Below, piece after piece: positions 8,190-18,131 of a DNA stretch of 64,000 nucleotides. Below the pieces are notes generated by a model that was given only the letters and a program-made list of their open reading frames with translations, ran no database searches and was not told the origin of the DNA. The stretch is from sequence record MZ475891.1. One strand, 5' to 3'. The position numbers and the translations under genes are program-made. Each line of letters begins with the position of its first letter. The first letter of the stretch is position 1.

Positions 8190-11063
8190 TTAGATTTCGT
8201 CAGGTTCCCAACACAGAATAGGACGGCGATACACTTGGAATACGCCAGTAGGTGCGTAGCTTGAGCTAAGGTATTCTTTAGCGTTTGTACTGAGGCTACG
8301 TTCTGACGTAAGCAACTGTTGCCTGTTGTGCGTCCACTGACAACGACCACAAGACTCTGCTTCGATACCTGCATCTGAATCCCAACCAGGCACGTCGAAT
8401 GTTTTGTTCCATCCGTTGAAGTGGTGAGTAGACACCGCTCCGTTGCCTGTTGCACACAGCACCATATACTGGTAGTCAGACTCGAAGTAGATAGGCACGT
8501 TACGGCCTGTAGGGATAGAAGGACCGTTAGCGTTATACGTCAACTGCCAACCAGTACGGTCTGCTGAGCCTGTAGACATGAACAACGGTCTACGGATAAT
8601 CATCATGATACCGTTCTGCGTTCCGTTGTCGCTAGTCTTAGTGCAGTACGCATTACAGCGCAGCGCACGGTCAACAGTGAACAACGTACTGTTGGAGAAG
8701 TCAGCATTGTACAGGTTAGCAGCCCACTGAGGTAAGTTAGCAGCTTCTGGTACAATGAAGTGGCGCTCTGCCAGTTCCAGATCACCGTAGCGGTCATAAG
8801 CAAACACGATATACTCATAGCCTGCATCGATCTGAATGTTGTGACCTTGAGAACCCACACCAGTCCACTTCCAAACAATCTGCCAGTCGTTAGTATCACG
8901 TCCAGGCGTATCGTTTATCAGGCCGTACTTGCGTTCGTATATCTGCCACACGCGAGAGCCACCAGTCGCAGCAAAGTACAAGCTGCCTGGATTAGAGCGG
9001 TCACCACCACAACGAGTAAGATGGTCAGGGCCTGCTTCGTTGTAAGCACTGGCTCCGCCTACACCGTCAAACATTTCCCAGTTCATCATCAAGTGAGAGG
9101 TGCACAACTCATTTGGTCCGCTATCATCCGTTGTCGTAACAAGATATTCGTACTGGTCAGCAAACGGATAGTAGACAGTCTCTGTTCCTGCCATAGCAAC
9201 ACGACGAACCCAATCGTGTGACTGCACTTTAGGTACAGGGAAGCAAGGGTTAGTCACAGACACGACGAAACTTTTAGTCTCGTACATCGGCAGCTTTTTG
9301 AAGCGGTTATCACGAATCGTTACCGTGTGCTTCATGCCGTAAGTCTGTGCACCGTCCATACCGCCTAGCACTTTGTAGTAGCTGAGATGCGCACTCTTGG
9401 TGCTCTCGTATAGCCCCGTGATGCCAAGCGACATGGCGCTGTTACGGTCAGTACCACAGCAATACTGATTGCCGTAGCTGTCATACGCGAAGCCCACAGA
9501 GAAGTAGCTATCAGGGTCAGACGACTGAGATCCGTAGTACATCTCAGTAGGCGCATTGCCCTCACCAACACCAGGCAGGCCAAAGCAGCAATAGCAACCG
9601 CGATACTGATACTGTCCGCCTTCGTACACGCGACGAGAAGCACCTATGCGATACATAGCACCAGCAAGTCCGCCTTGAGTACGGTTAACGTTCGCCGTGT
9701 CATAGGAAACGACATAAACAAAGTGGTCGGCGCCAATCGAGTTCAGGAACGCAGCCATGTTAGCAGCATTCGTTGTTCCTGGTGCAGTACCTTCGGCCGA
9801 AACGTGAATGTCATACGCTCTGCGATCTACGAGCACTTGGTCGGACTTGCGAATCTTGTACACGTTGAAGCCGCGAGAATCTCGGTAGTACACGCCATTC
9901 ACATACGTGTAACCAACATCGCCTGTGTCAAGCGTGCGCTGATAACCTACGATGTGGCTGAACACGCTACTACGCGCTTGCAGACTCGCACCGTTATCGT
10001 TCGACCAGTTGACAGATACATCACCAGCAGCCATACGCGCAGCCCAATCATCAGGCTTGTATGGGTAAGTGGTCACGTCAAAGTTAACGCCATACGCACT
10101 GCCTATTTCTACGCAGCACGGGTCACGATAGATGATCTCTGGGTCAAGAATAACATCGTCAGGAATATCGACTTGACCACAGTACATCTGACGCCACACA
10201 CCAGCTTGACCGCCGATAGAACCCGGGCCAGCAGCACCTGCGCCAGAGTTGAACTGGTAAGCAGCAGACGCACGGTAGTTCTTTTGGTTGCTTAACTGTG
10301 GAACGTTCAGCCAGCCTACGTGGTCACCAAAAGCATTGATGGACTTAGAACGCGCAGCCTGAGTAGCGACAACGTTAGCAGCACCATTGCTTGTGATACC
10401 AAGCGGACTAAAGATAGCGTTGAAGTTAACGTTACCCTCGTACGGACCTTTCTGGAGTACAATCAAGCTGACGCCGTTACGGTGTGCTTCACGCAAGGCA
10501 TTAAGCATCGCAGTAGGCATCGACTGACCGCTAGACGACAGCAGCAACATAACGCAGGACCATTGCTGGAAATACTTGTAGGTTCCGTCGTAACCGTAAG
10601 CACCAGCATTGATTTCATCCCACGTATGAGACAGCATATCAAGAGGCATACGCTCAAGATAGTGAACAAGCTGTCCCCATGACTCCATTGCAGATTCATC
10701 ATCCACAGAAGCGCCATCACTAATGACCAGCATCGTCGAGCCAGCAGTGATGTTAGAGTTATATGCACGCTCGGTCAGGAACTGGCGCAGCGCACCCATG
10801 TTGTTAATTGTGGTATTGCGATAGTTACCCATCCAGCCGTAGCCTTCAGTAACCATTGGACTATCACTGCGAATGAAGCTACCGTTCATATACACAGAAC
10901 CGTAACCGCAAACATACGCGAGAGCATGACCATCAACAACAAAGGATGTGTAGCGATTGCTATCAACGCCCATCGCATCAACAGCAGCTACGGAGCCATC
11001 ACCTACACCGCCAGTAAAGACAGGAGTAATGCCTCGTGCATACAAGCAACTTTGTTGCAGCAT
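8190..11063 (-). CDS. Large virion/fibre protein with ILEI (PANDER-like) domain
   Basis: GFNVYKI...RAYD...AAFLNSIGADHFVYVVSYD...IGA...YRGCYCCFG..G.G matches the ILEI pattern (~9490-9875); three C-terminal W...Y.Y.V repeats. Confidence 0.7.
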   Translation of the reverse strand: MLQQSCLYARGITPVFTGGVGDGSVAAVDAMGVDSNRYTSFVVDGHALAYVCGYGSVYMNGSFIRSDSPMVTEGYGWMGNYRNTTINNMGALRQFLTERAYNSNITAGSTMLVISDGASVDDESAMESWGQLVHYLERMPLDMLSHTWDEINAGAYGYDGTYKYFQQWSCVMLLLSSSGQSMPTAMLNALREAHRNGVSLIVLQKGPYEGNVNFNAIFSPLGITSNGAANVVATQAARSKSINAFGDHVGWLNVPQLSNQKNYRASAAYQFNSGAGAAGPGSIGGQAGVWRQMYCGQVDIPDDVILDPEIIYRDPCCVEIGSAYGVNFDVTTYPYKPDDWAARMAAGDVSVNWSNDNGASLQARSSVFSHIVGYQRTLDTGDVGYTYVNGVYYRDSRGFNVYKIRKSDQVLVDRRAYDIHVSAEGTAPGTTNAANMAAFLNSIGADHFVYVVSYDTANVNRTQGGLAGAMYRIGASRRVYEGGQYQYRGCYCCFGLPGVGEGNAPTEMYYGSQSSDPDSYFSVGFAYDSYGNQYCCGTDRNSAMSLGITGLYESTKSAHLSYYKVLGGMDGAQTYGMKHTVTIRDNRFKKLPMYETKSFVVSVTNPCFPVPKVQSHDWVRRVAMAGTETVYYPFADQYEYLVTTTDDSGPNELCTSHLMMNWEMFDGVGGASAYNEAGPDHLTRCGGDRSNPGSLYFAATGGSRVWQIYERKYGLINDTPGRDTNDWQIVWKWTGVGSQGHNIQIDAGYEYIVFAYDRYGDLELAERHFIVPEAANLPQWAANLYNADFSNSTLFTVDRALRCNAYCTKTSDNGTQNGIMMIIRRPLFMSTGSADRTGWQLTYNANGPSIPTGRNVPIYFESDYQYMVLCATGNGAVSTHHFNGWNKTFDVPGWDSDAGIEAESCGRCQWTHNRQQLLTSERSLSTNAKEYLSSSYAPTGVFQVYRRPILCWEPDEI

Positions 11064-11106
11064 ATTATGTCCTTAGATCGGCAAGAGGGGCCGAAGCCCC
11101 TTCCTG

Positions 11107-13128
11107 TTAGCCAAATACAATCTCAGTGATTGCAAGATACGTCACATCGTTTGAGTCGCCACGGTCACCAGAACCGTAGGCCATCAACCAAATCTCTTCA
11201 CCTGCAGGGATGTTAGTGTCGAATGTGATACGTTGCAGAACGTTAGCGCTTGAGTAGACACGTTGCGCTGCACCAGCACCTGCATAACGTTCGTAGATGG
11301 ACATGTCGTGCCAGCTACCGTTATTACCATCAAACACCCAATCAAATGTGATTCGCTTGATAGGTCGAGTGAAGAAGTTATTCCACTTGAACCAACCATT
11401 CGAGCCACCCCAGAAGTTCATATAGCTGCCGTCCCAAACTTTCAGGTTCTCAATGCCACCGCTGACTGTACGACCGCCAGTCTGTGTGAATGCATAGCAG
11501 TACCATGGGAATGGATCTGAATCAGGCGGCTGTGAGTTGCCACCAGCAACTGTGATGCAGCGATACGGAACTGTGAAGTCTCTGACGTTAATGTGCGGAG
11601 GCTGAATCGGACAGTACACATAGTAAGACCAGTCACACCCGATAGGGCCTGTAACGCGCACTGTGATCTCAGAACGCAGAACATGCTCAGGGTATTTCCA
11701 GAACTCAAGTGTACCAACAGCGCCTGCTACGACAATCGACGTATCAAGCAGATTCATATCACGGTCAAACACCTCGAACTTGGTGTCGAATGAGTTAGCA
11801 ACGCATACGACCAGCTCTGCTCGGATATCTGTCTGTGTGCCTAACGCAAAATTATCTTCTGTGGTTGGATGACCGGCAGAGTAAACGCTGTAGCTTTGGC
11901 ACGGATGCATGAACTCACGCGCACCACGCTCCGAAGGACAATAAAGGCTGTAGAAGAAGCTGTCGAGTGATTCAGCGTTTCCAAAGTCTTTAGATACCAC
12001 GCGCACCATAATGTCACACGCGATGTTCTTAGGGTCAAAGTAGAAATACAGATAACCCTCAAGTGTCTTCGCATCAAGCGTTGTTGCAATACGTCTACCG
12101 TTTTGATACACCTCAATGAAGTCGAGCGTTTCCCACGAGGTATAATCAAGGTACATCCAGCCTGCTGTCCAGCCCACAAAGTGATAATACTCGAACGCGT
12201 TAGCATTCTGAATACGCTCTGCAATAGGCCACACTGAGGCATGACACGGAGCTGGGAAGACTGGCGTGCCGATATAGTCAGGGTTGATAACGTCAGGGTA
12301 ATTGATAACGTCATACGCGGCTTGACTGTCGAGCGCTAACCCACCACGGTCAGAAGGTGCAGAAAGCAGAGGAGGATAAACCATCATGCTCCAGCCGTAA
12401 CCTTGAGTTGTGCGCACACGTATCATGATACGCATATCGGCAGCGTCAGGGTCAAACTGGAACTTGATGCGAGAACGTCCTGTTACTTTACCGCAAGATG
12501 AAGCTACGCGCACGCCCATGTGATAGACGTCAATGCTTGCACCAGCAGGAGCATACGAAGCAAAGTTAACCTCGACATAACCTTCAGTTGCAGGCAGAGC
12601 GTAGATCGTTTCAGTGATAACAGCACCACGACCGTGAGTAGATGCATAAGGCACGTTGGGGTTAGCATACGTGCCCAGACCTGCTCTCGATGCTACGCCT
12701 ACAGGGTCATAAGACTCAAGCGTCTTGATGCCTGGGCGATTGATACTGCGACCAGTTGGCGGTGCTGACGAGTTGACTACACCGAAGCCTGTACGACCCG
12801 CATCAGGCAAGTCGAAGCCTATTGGATAGCCTCCAAGAATCGTATAGCTCTCACGACCACCACTGCCTATACCGTTACCGGAGCCTTTGGTTGTTGACGT
12901 AGGGCCACCGCCACATGCACCTGTTTCGAGATTTGAACAGGGATCATCATACGTAGGGTCAAACGTGTCATCGATTAAATGCCAGCGCTTGCCCCACTGA
13001 TTACGCACGCTGAACTTCTCAGGTGTTAGAGGAGTCCAGTCACCTTCCTTGGTGCGAACGTACATGGGCGTATCGACACAATCAAGCCAACCGTTATTCG
13101 CAGCATTACGAACGCGAAAACGTGACAT
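11107..13128 (-). CDS. Virion protein with three tandem beta-sandwich repeats
   Basis: Three ~85-aa units with I.V.V/IRV and ending WSMMVYPP, FFYSLYCP, WSYYVYCP. Confidence 0.65.
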   Translation of the reverse strand: MSRFRVRNAANNGWLDCVDTPMYVRTKEGDWTPLTPEKFSVRNQWGKRWHLIDDTFDPTYDDPCSNLETGACGGGPTSTTKGSGNGIGSGGRESYTILGGYPIGFDLPDAGRTGFGVVNSSAPPTGRSINRPGIKTLESYDPVGVASRAGLGTYANPNVPYASTHGRGAVITETIYALPATEGYVEVNFASYAPAGASIDVYHMGVRVASSCGKVTGRSRIKFQFDPDAADMRIMIRVRTTQGYGWSMMVYPPLLSAPSDRGGLALDSQAAYDVINYPDVINPDYIGTPVFPAPCHASVWPIAERIQNANAFEYYHFVGWTAGWMYLDYTSWETLDFIEVYQNGRRIATTLDAKTLEGYLYFYFDPKNIACDIMVRVVSKDFGNAESLDSFFYSLYCPSERGAREFMHPCQSYSVYSAGHPTTEDNFALGTQTDIRAELVVCVANSFDTKFEVFDRDMNLLDTSIVVAGAVGTLEFWKYPEHVLRSEITVRVTGPIGCDWSYYVYCPIQPPHINVRDFTVPYRCITVAGGNSQPPDSDPFPWYCYAFTQTGGRTVSGGIENLKVWDGSYMNFWGGSNGWFKWNNFFTRPIKRITFDWVFDGNNGSWHDMSIYERYAGAGAAQRVYSSANVLQRITFDTNIPAGEEIWLMAYGSGDRGDSNDVTYLAITEIVFG

Positions 13129-13139
13129 GTACTATCTCC

Positions 13140-13631
13140 TTACGGGCGAATCCACAGTGCACCTGCTGAAATCTCTTGGTCGAGTGCAGGGTCAGTGTCT
13201 TGAATGAATATCTCCAAGACACCTGGGTTTCCAGGAGCACCAGTCGGTCCTGTAGCACCGGTAGGACCTGCTGGACCACGAATACCCACATAGCCTTGCT
13301 TGCCTGGCAGACCATCGATACCACGAGGACCAACACATCCGTCAGTACCACGCTTACCGTCAGAACCCATCAGGCCGTCGATACCATCACGACCAGAAGC
13401 ACCAACGCCACCTTCAGGGCCGTAGCCGATGCTGTAGATAGTAGGCAGGCCAGAGATAGCGAGCTTTCCGATACTCGGAATATTGATAGACAGCACACCT
13501 GTCAGTTGATCGAAGGCGCCTTGTAGCGTTGTTTCGTCTTCGGCCACATCAACAGACACACCGCCTTGAGTTGCTACTACCTTACCAGACGCATTCGTCT
13601 TGAGTAGCGATATATCAACCTTTTCTACCAC
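13140..13631 (-). CDS. Short collagen-like fibre protein (23 triplets)
   Basis: GPEGGV...GNPGVL; cap motif GLPT; C-terminal AGALWIRP. Confidence 0.85.
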   Translation of the reverse strand: MVEKVDISLLKTNASGKVVATQGGVSVDVAEDETTLQGAFDQLTGVLSINIPSIGKLAISGLPTIYSIGYGPEGGVGASGRDGIDGLMGSDGKRGTDGCVGPRGIDGLPGKQGYVGIRGPAGPTGATGPTGAPGNPGVLEIFIQDTDPALDQEISAGALWIRP

Positions 13632-13640
13632 GAGAACTCC

Positions 13641-14273
13641 TTATGGCCATGTGGTGCCTTGATCTTTAGTAGGGTCGACCCAGAGCGTGCCGGCAGCTAC
13701 AGCTCCTGGCTGGGTAGCGCTAACGATAATTGCAAGACGACCGGAAGGACCTGCAGGACCAGTTGGGCCAGTAGGACCAGTACCACCAGTAGAGCCAGTA
13801 GGACCAGTACCACCGCGAGGACCAGTAGGTCCAGTCGGCCCCATAGGTCCTTCACGACCTTCTCTGCCCGTAGGCCCAACATTACCGTCACGGCCATCAC
13901 GACCATCCGGGCCTGGTATGCCTTGCTCGCCATCTGGACCAACAGGGCCTGTACAGCCTGGACCGCCCGTTGCACCATCACGACCATCACGACCGTCTTT
14001 TCCGTCTGCACCTGTTTCACCTTTCTGACCTGTACGACCTGCTGGAATATCAGACGCAGTTGGGAAACCTGAGACTTTGAGACTACTGCCGTTAGCAAAG
14101 CGCAGAGTTAACACGCCCGCAGTAGCGTCATACGAGGAATCTGACGTGACTTCTGATGGAGCTTCGGACTCCGCGCTGTTGACAACAAGTGTACCGCCAG
14201 ATGCTCGGACAGGTGTCGCAACAGAGCTTACGCCCGCAGCGATTAAACTTGTTTTTACCTTTATCAAACTCAT
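13641..14273 (-). CDS. Collagen-like fibre protein (34 triplets)
   Basis: GRTGQK...GPSGRL; cap motif GFPT; C-terminal AGTLWVDP. Confidence 0.85.
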   Translation of the reverse strand: MSLIKVKTSLIAAGVSSVATPVRASGGTLVVNSAESEAPSEVTSDSSYDATAGVLTLRFANGSSLKVSGFPTASDIPAGRTGQKGETGADGKDGRDGRDGATGGPGCTGPVGPDGEQGIPGPDGRDGRDGNVGPTGREGREGPMGPTGPTGPRGGTGPTGSTGGTGPTGPTGPAGPSGRLAIIVSATQPGAVAAGTLWVDPTKDQGTTWP

Positions 14274-15709
14274 TACGTCTTCTCCGCCTGAGCAGTCATA
14301 TCCGTGTTATGAGCCAGAACATCACCAACGAAATAGCAGTCGAAAGGTTCAACGTCTATGTCTACGGTATTAACGAGTTGGTCTATACGACGACATTCGT
14401 ATACAGACACAGGACCTTTACGTCCTCTGACTTGCATTCCTTGCTTAACTTCACGAGCAGGAACATAGCGCCATTGCTTATCATCGTAGATCAGCACAGG
14501 ATGTTCGTGCGTAAACTTCTGTCCGTTAATGACGAAGTAGTGATCTTCCTGACCGTATTTGAGTGCTCGAACAGCAGCATAGACATTCTTACCTTTCAGA
14601 CTTGGTGAGGACCATTTACGGAACTCTTTAGGCTGATTGGAGAACGATGCAAGCATATCACCTACAGACAAACGCTCAACAGGCACAGAGCCTGCGATTG
14701 TATGCACAGTAGAGCCGAACACGATACAGCCAGATGTTTTACTCACAGGGTTACGTGCAACTACGGTCAGAGCAGACTTCACTGTGACTGTAGGTCGAGA
14801 GGGTTGCCCCATGTCTGTTACTAAACAACTGATGGTGCCTTTGATTGTACGATCAGCACCGAGACCAAGACGCAGATAGAAGTTAACTATACAGGTGTTA
14901 GTCTCTATGGCGTCAAGATTAACGCCCTCAGTTGTTGTGATTGTCCACTTGTACTTGTATGGACCCACACCGCCACGCGCATTGACAGGCAGATAAGCAA
15001 GCGAGGTGAATACGTCAGACCCTTGTACTGTGCGCGTGCCTACCATGTACAGACTAGACACAGAAGCAACAAGTGGGCTGATAGTAGGAAGAGGAGGTGC
15101 TGGCGATACGTTAGCAGTCGGGTACAGCCACACGAACACGTTAGATGCAGTGGGCTGCACATTAGACAGCACAGCAGTTTCGATAGGCGCAGGACCAGTA
15201 GGACCCGTTGCGCCCGCGATACAGCTTGGACCGTCATTGCCTCGTGGACCGAGTATGCCAGTAGGACCCGTTGGACCGATTGGCCCTGTAGGCCCGTCTT
15301 TACCGTCAGGACCCGTGTCACCGTCAGGACCAGTAGCGCCGTCACGACCAGGTTCACCCGCAGTGCCGTTAAGACCTCTAGCACCAGGGAGACCACCACA
15401 GCCGTCAGCACCAGTAGAGCCATCACGTCCATCACGACCGTCACGACCAGCAGCGCCTGGCGCACCTCTCTTACCTTGCTTACCTGAACCAAACATTGCA
15501 CTCGTAGGCAGGCCGGGGATATTAACTAAATCCCCATTCTGTTTGATGAGTACGAGCACGCCGTTCTTACTGTCAAACTTTACGCTTGCGATCTGTGTCG
15601 TTGTCAACACATCGGAGGATTCGAATTGAATACCACCAGCAACAGCAACAACGGATTTACCTTCATCGTTGCCTGTTGTCTCGATTTGCGAAAGTTTTAA
15701 GTCTGTCAT
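14273..15709 (-). CDS. Collagen-like fibre protein with Ig-like segment and C-terminal Hint domain
   Basis: 29 triplets + CIA break + 3 triplets; [10 protein letters not shown] Ig-like motif; Hint domain at the C-terminus. Confidence 0.85.
   Translation of the reverse strand: MTDLKLSQIETTGNDEGKSVVAVAGGIQFESSDVLTTTQIASVKFDSKNGVLVLIKQNGDLVNIPGLPTSAMFGSGKQGKRGAPGAAGRDGRDGRDGSTGADGCGGLPGARGLNGTAGEPGRDGATGPDGDTGPDGKDGPTGPIGPTGPTGILGPRGNDGPSCIAGATGPTGPAPIETAVLSNVQPTASNVFVWLYPTANVSPAPPLPTISPLVASVSSLYMVGTRTVQGSDVFTSLAYLPVNARGGVGPYKYKWTITTTEGVNLDAIETNTCIVNFYLRLGLGADRTIKGTISCLVTDMGQPSRPTVTVKSALTVVARNPVSKTSGCIVFGSTVHTIAGSVPVERLSVGDMLASFSNQPKEFRKWSSPSLKGKNVYAAVRALKYGQEDHYFVINGQKFTHEHPVLIYDDKQWRYVPAREVKQGMQVRGRKGPVSVYECRRIDQLVNTVDIDVEPFDCYFVGDVLAHNTDMTAQAEKT
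14306..14728 (-). other. Hint (Hedgehog/intein) autoprocessing domain, endonuclease-free, 141 aa
   Basis: G|CIVFGSTV (C1), [14 protein letters not shown] (block B TxxH), VDIDV...[10 protein letters not shown]|T (blocks F/G, +1 Thr). Confidence 0.85.
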
Positions 15710-18045
15710 TTAGGCTCGACCTTAATGCACAAGTTACCAATCAGCTTCGAACCGTAGCTCGTGATTTGGGCATTACTGATACGCACCTTAGCGACAATAT
15801 CAATAAAGCCTTGAGGTTGGTTCTCGGCTAACACAACAAGCATCTGGGTGATACTGACATTCGAATATGCGATGATCTCGGTCAGGTTTTCTGTAGAATC
15901 AACAACGTTGAAACCACTGCTACCCGTACCTTTAAGACCACGACCATATTCAGCCTCAGCAAGGCCAGGCGTCTTGTACGATAGAACGTACTCGATATGC
16001 TCTTTGCCGCTGGTGGCCTTGAAGCCAGGACCCAATTGACACTGGAAGTCTGCAACACAGGTAAGCATAACACCTTTCTTGAACTCGATGCGCTGCGTAA
16101 TCGTCAGCTCCTCTGAGTCCTCAACATCTTGGTGGATGTTGTACATGTTCTTAGGGTCAGCTTCTTCTGCGAGCGCTTGCGTGTTGCTGATGGTGATGTT
16201 CGGCCACTCACCACTGATCTTAATGCCTTCACCCTGAATGATTTCAGGAACGAACATAGGCACATCAATCGGCGAGAGTCCCTGACGCTTGAACATGAAG
16301 CCTGTTGGCGTAGGGATAACATCAATGATAACGCCATCAACAGAACTGTCTTTCGAGCCTACAGCCATCACGTTTTCGAAGATGGTGATTTCCACCAGCG
16401 TGTCTGCTGGGATAGGCGATACAGTCTGCAACGAGTTACCAACAACGGTGAAGTCAGAAGGATGAATCGTCAGACCACCCATCGTTGCAACAACGTGCGC
16501 TTTGTTCAGTGGGCTAGTCGGAAGAATGTATGTATCAGCATCATAAGGAAGGCGATACTGAGAAACACGCATACGAGTAGACCAGTTGGCGCGTTCTTCA
16601 TAGCGGGCAACATAGAAAGAATATTTCTGGCCAGAAGGAATTGCCTGCGTTAGCGTAATCTTATTGCCGTTGTTGATCTTGTAGACTGTGGAGGGCTGCC
16701 ACGTTGAGCCAACAACACAGAAGACCATATCGGCGCTTTCGATTACTTGACTACCAAGAGAGAACTGAGTTGTCTGACCGTCACCTACACCTTCGTACAG
16801 CTCAAACAGAACGACATGGCCTTGAGATGGTTCGATACGGAACTGTCTCAGGTCAAGCAGCATCTGTTGTTCAGGGTAGGACGAGAGCAGCAACTGATCT
16901 TCCTGAACGGAGTATGCAGTACGCGGCTGGAGAACGCCTGACGTGCCTACAAACAAATCAGTAGAGCTATCAAGAATCTCGGTCAGTTGGTAACGCAGAG
17001 CATCAGGAGTAGCTGTGGTCACAACAGAACTAAACAGCATCTTGCCTGGAGGTACAAACAGGCTTGCAGTCGTCTGACGTGAGCCACCAACAGGACCCCA
17101 ATACGGTTCGTTGTCTGCACCACGCATCAATCCCCAAGTGCTCGGCACATCGTTGTTAGCAGGCCACGGGATGCCAGCGCTCGGCGTAGTTGGGTTAGTG
17201 ATTCGACGCCACACAGCGATAGACGTTTGCGCAGATACGAATGGGATAGCGCTGTCCAAGTTGACAAGCTGCTGGTTGGTGTATTTGAAGTGACGACAAG
17301 CGCCTGCACCAGTACCTGCAATAGTCTGCACGAGGACGGTCTCACCTTCTTTGAGAGAAGTAAGACTTGGAATCTTAAACGTGTTAGCGTTAATGAAACC
17401 AGTAGAGGTAATCTGGCCGCTGAACACACGGTCGTGCTCGCTGAAAGCCCAATAGTAAGAGCCTGCACCGTAGCGCGAAGCCTGACCAGGAGATTTAGAG
17501 CCATCGCTGTTGATATGCATGTCCAGCACAGACACAACGTTGAACACGTTATCGTTCAGGCTAGGCAGATTCTCCAGCGTTGCTACACTCGGGATAGACG
17601 TGTAATCTGCCATCTCAACAGCAAGAATCTTCTGGACGTCCTGCGTCAAATGGATGAGCAAGCTAACGCGAGACACAGAGTTTGGAACTGCAATGATAGG
17701 CTCTTGCAGAACAACGTGACCGAAAGGACGGTTGTCTTTGAGCATGATCATCAACTCACCCACACGCTTCAATTGCTCACCAGCAGCGTAGGTCAGTTTT
17801 ATATCAAAGATAAAGCGTGCGCTATTCTCAGAGAGAACCTGTACATAGGACAGAGCACCGGAAGCAAGCTCGTTGCCAAGTAACTGCTCTGGAACCTCAG
17901 ATGGGTTAGAGCCGATATAGTCACCTGCTTTGAACGAAACTGGCTGCACAGCAATGCCGCCTGCGTTAGCGTTCGCAACGGCCTGTTCTCCCTGAGGCGT
18001 TAAACGCAGAGCGTCAACGTAGATAGATTCATCAGCGGCCATCAA
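15706..18045 (-). CDS. Tail fibre/baseplate attachment protein
   Basis: N-terminal [12 protein letters not shown]...F.AGD resembles tail-collar fibre N-termini; repeated GDG.TT.F / V.V.G..Q..S.Y modules; position next to the wedge gene. Confidence 0.6.
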   Translation of the reverse strand: MMAADESIYVDALRLTPQGEQAVANANAGGIAVQPVSFKAGDYIGSNPSEVPEQLLGNELASGALSYVQVLSENSARFIFDIKLTYAAGEQLKRVGELMIMLKDNRPFGHVVLQEPIIAVPNSVSRVSLLIHLTQDVQKILAVEMADYTSIPSVATLENLPSLNDNVFNVVSVLDMHINSDGSKSPGQASRYGAGSYYWAFSEHDRVFSGQITSTGFINANTFKIPSLTSLKEGETVLVQTIAGTGAGACRHFKYTNQQLVNLDSAIPFVSAQTSIAVWRRITNPTTPSAGIPWPANNDVPSTWGLMRGADNEPYWGPVGGSRQTTASLFVPPGKMLFSSVVTTATPDALRYQLTEILDSSTDLFVGTSGVLQPRTAYSVQEDQLLLSSYPEQQMLLDLRQFRIEPSQGHVVLFELYEGVGDGQTTQFSLGSQVIESADMVFCVVGSTWQPSTVYKINNGNKITLTQAIPSGQKYSFYVARYEERANWSTRMRVSQYRLPYDADTYILPTSPLNKAHVVATMGGLTIHPSDFTVVGNSLQTVSPIPADTLVEITIFENVMAVGSKDSSVDGVIIDVIPTPTGFMFKRQGLSPIDVPMFVPEIIQGEGIKISGEWPNITISNTQALAEEADPKNMYNIHQDVEDSEELTITQRIEFKKGVMLTCVADFQCQLGPGFKATSGKEHIEYVLSYKTPGLAEAEYGRGLKGTGSSGFNVVDSTENLTEIIAYSNVSITQMLVVLAENQPQGFIDIVAKVRISNAQITSYGSKLIGNLCIKVEPK

Positions 18046-18072
18046 AAGAACTCCTTGAATATTTACGTTCTT

Positions 18073-18080
18073 AAATTAGC
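18073..18080 (-). promoter_or_regulatory. Candidate late-promoter motif GCTAATTT
   Basis: Exact motif 27 nt upstream of the 18045 start, directly after a terminator. Confidence 0.55.
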
Positions 18081-18087
18081 AATAAAC

Positions 18088-18126
18088 AAAAAGGGAGCCA
18101 GGAACACGCAGCTCCAAGCTCCCTTT
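18088..18126 (-). terminator. Rho-independent terminator
   Basis: AAAGGGAGC...GCTCCCTTT stem followed by TTGTTT on the minus strand, after the stop of 18132..22658. Confidence 0.7.
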
Positions 18127-18131
18127 ATTTT

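Noticed and set aside
13687-14028. Pro/Gly-rich plus-strand ORFs (also 15006..15629, 7283..7699)
   Set aside because: Mirror frames of collagen Gly-X-Y codons, which lack stops on the opposite strand.
14306-14728. Mobile (homing) intein
   Set aside because: No LAGLIDADG or HNH insert and only a 10-aa C-extein at the end of a fibre; kept as a domesticated Hint domain instead.
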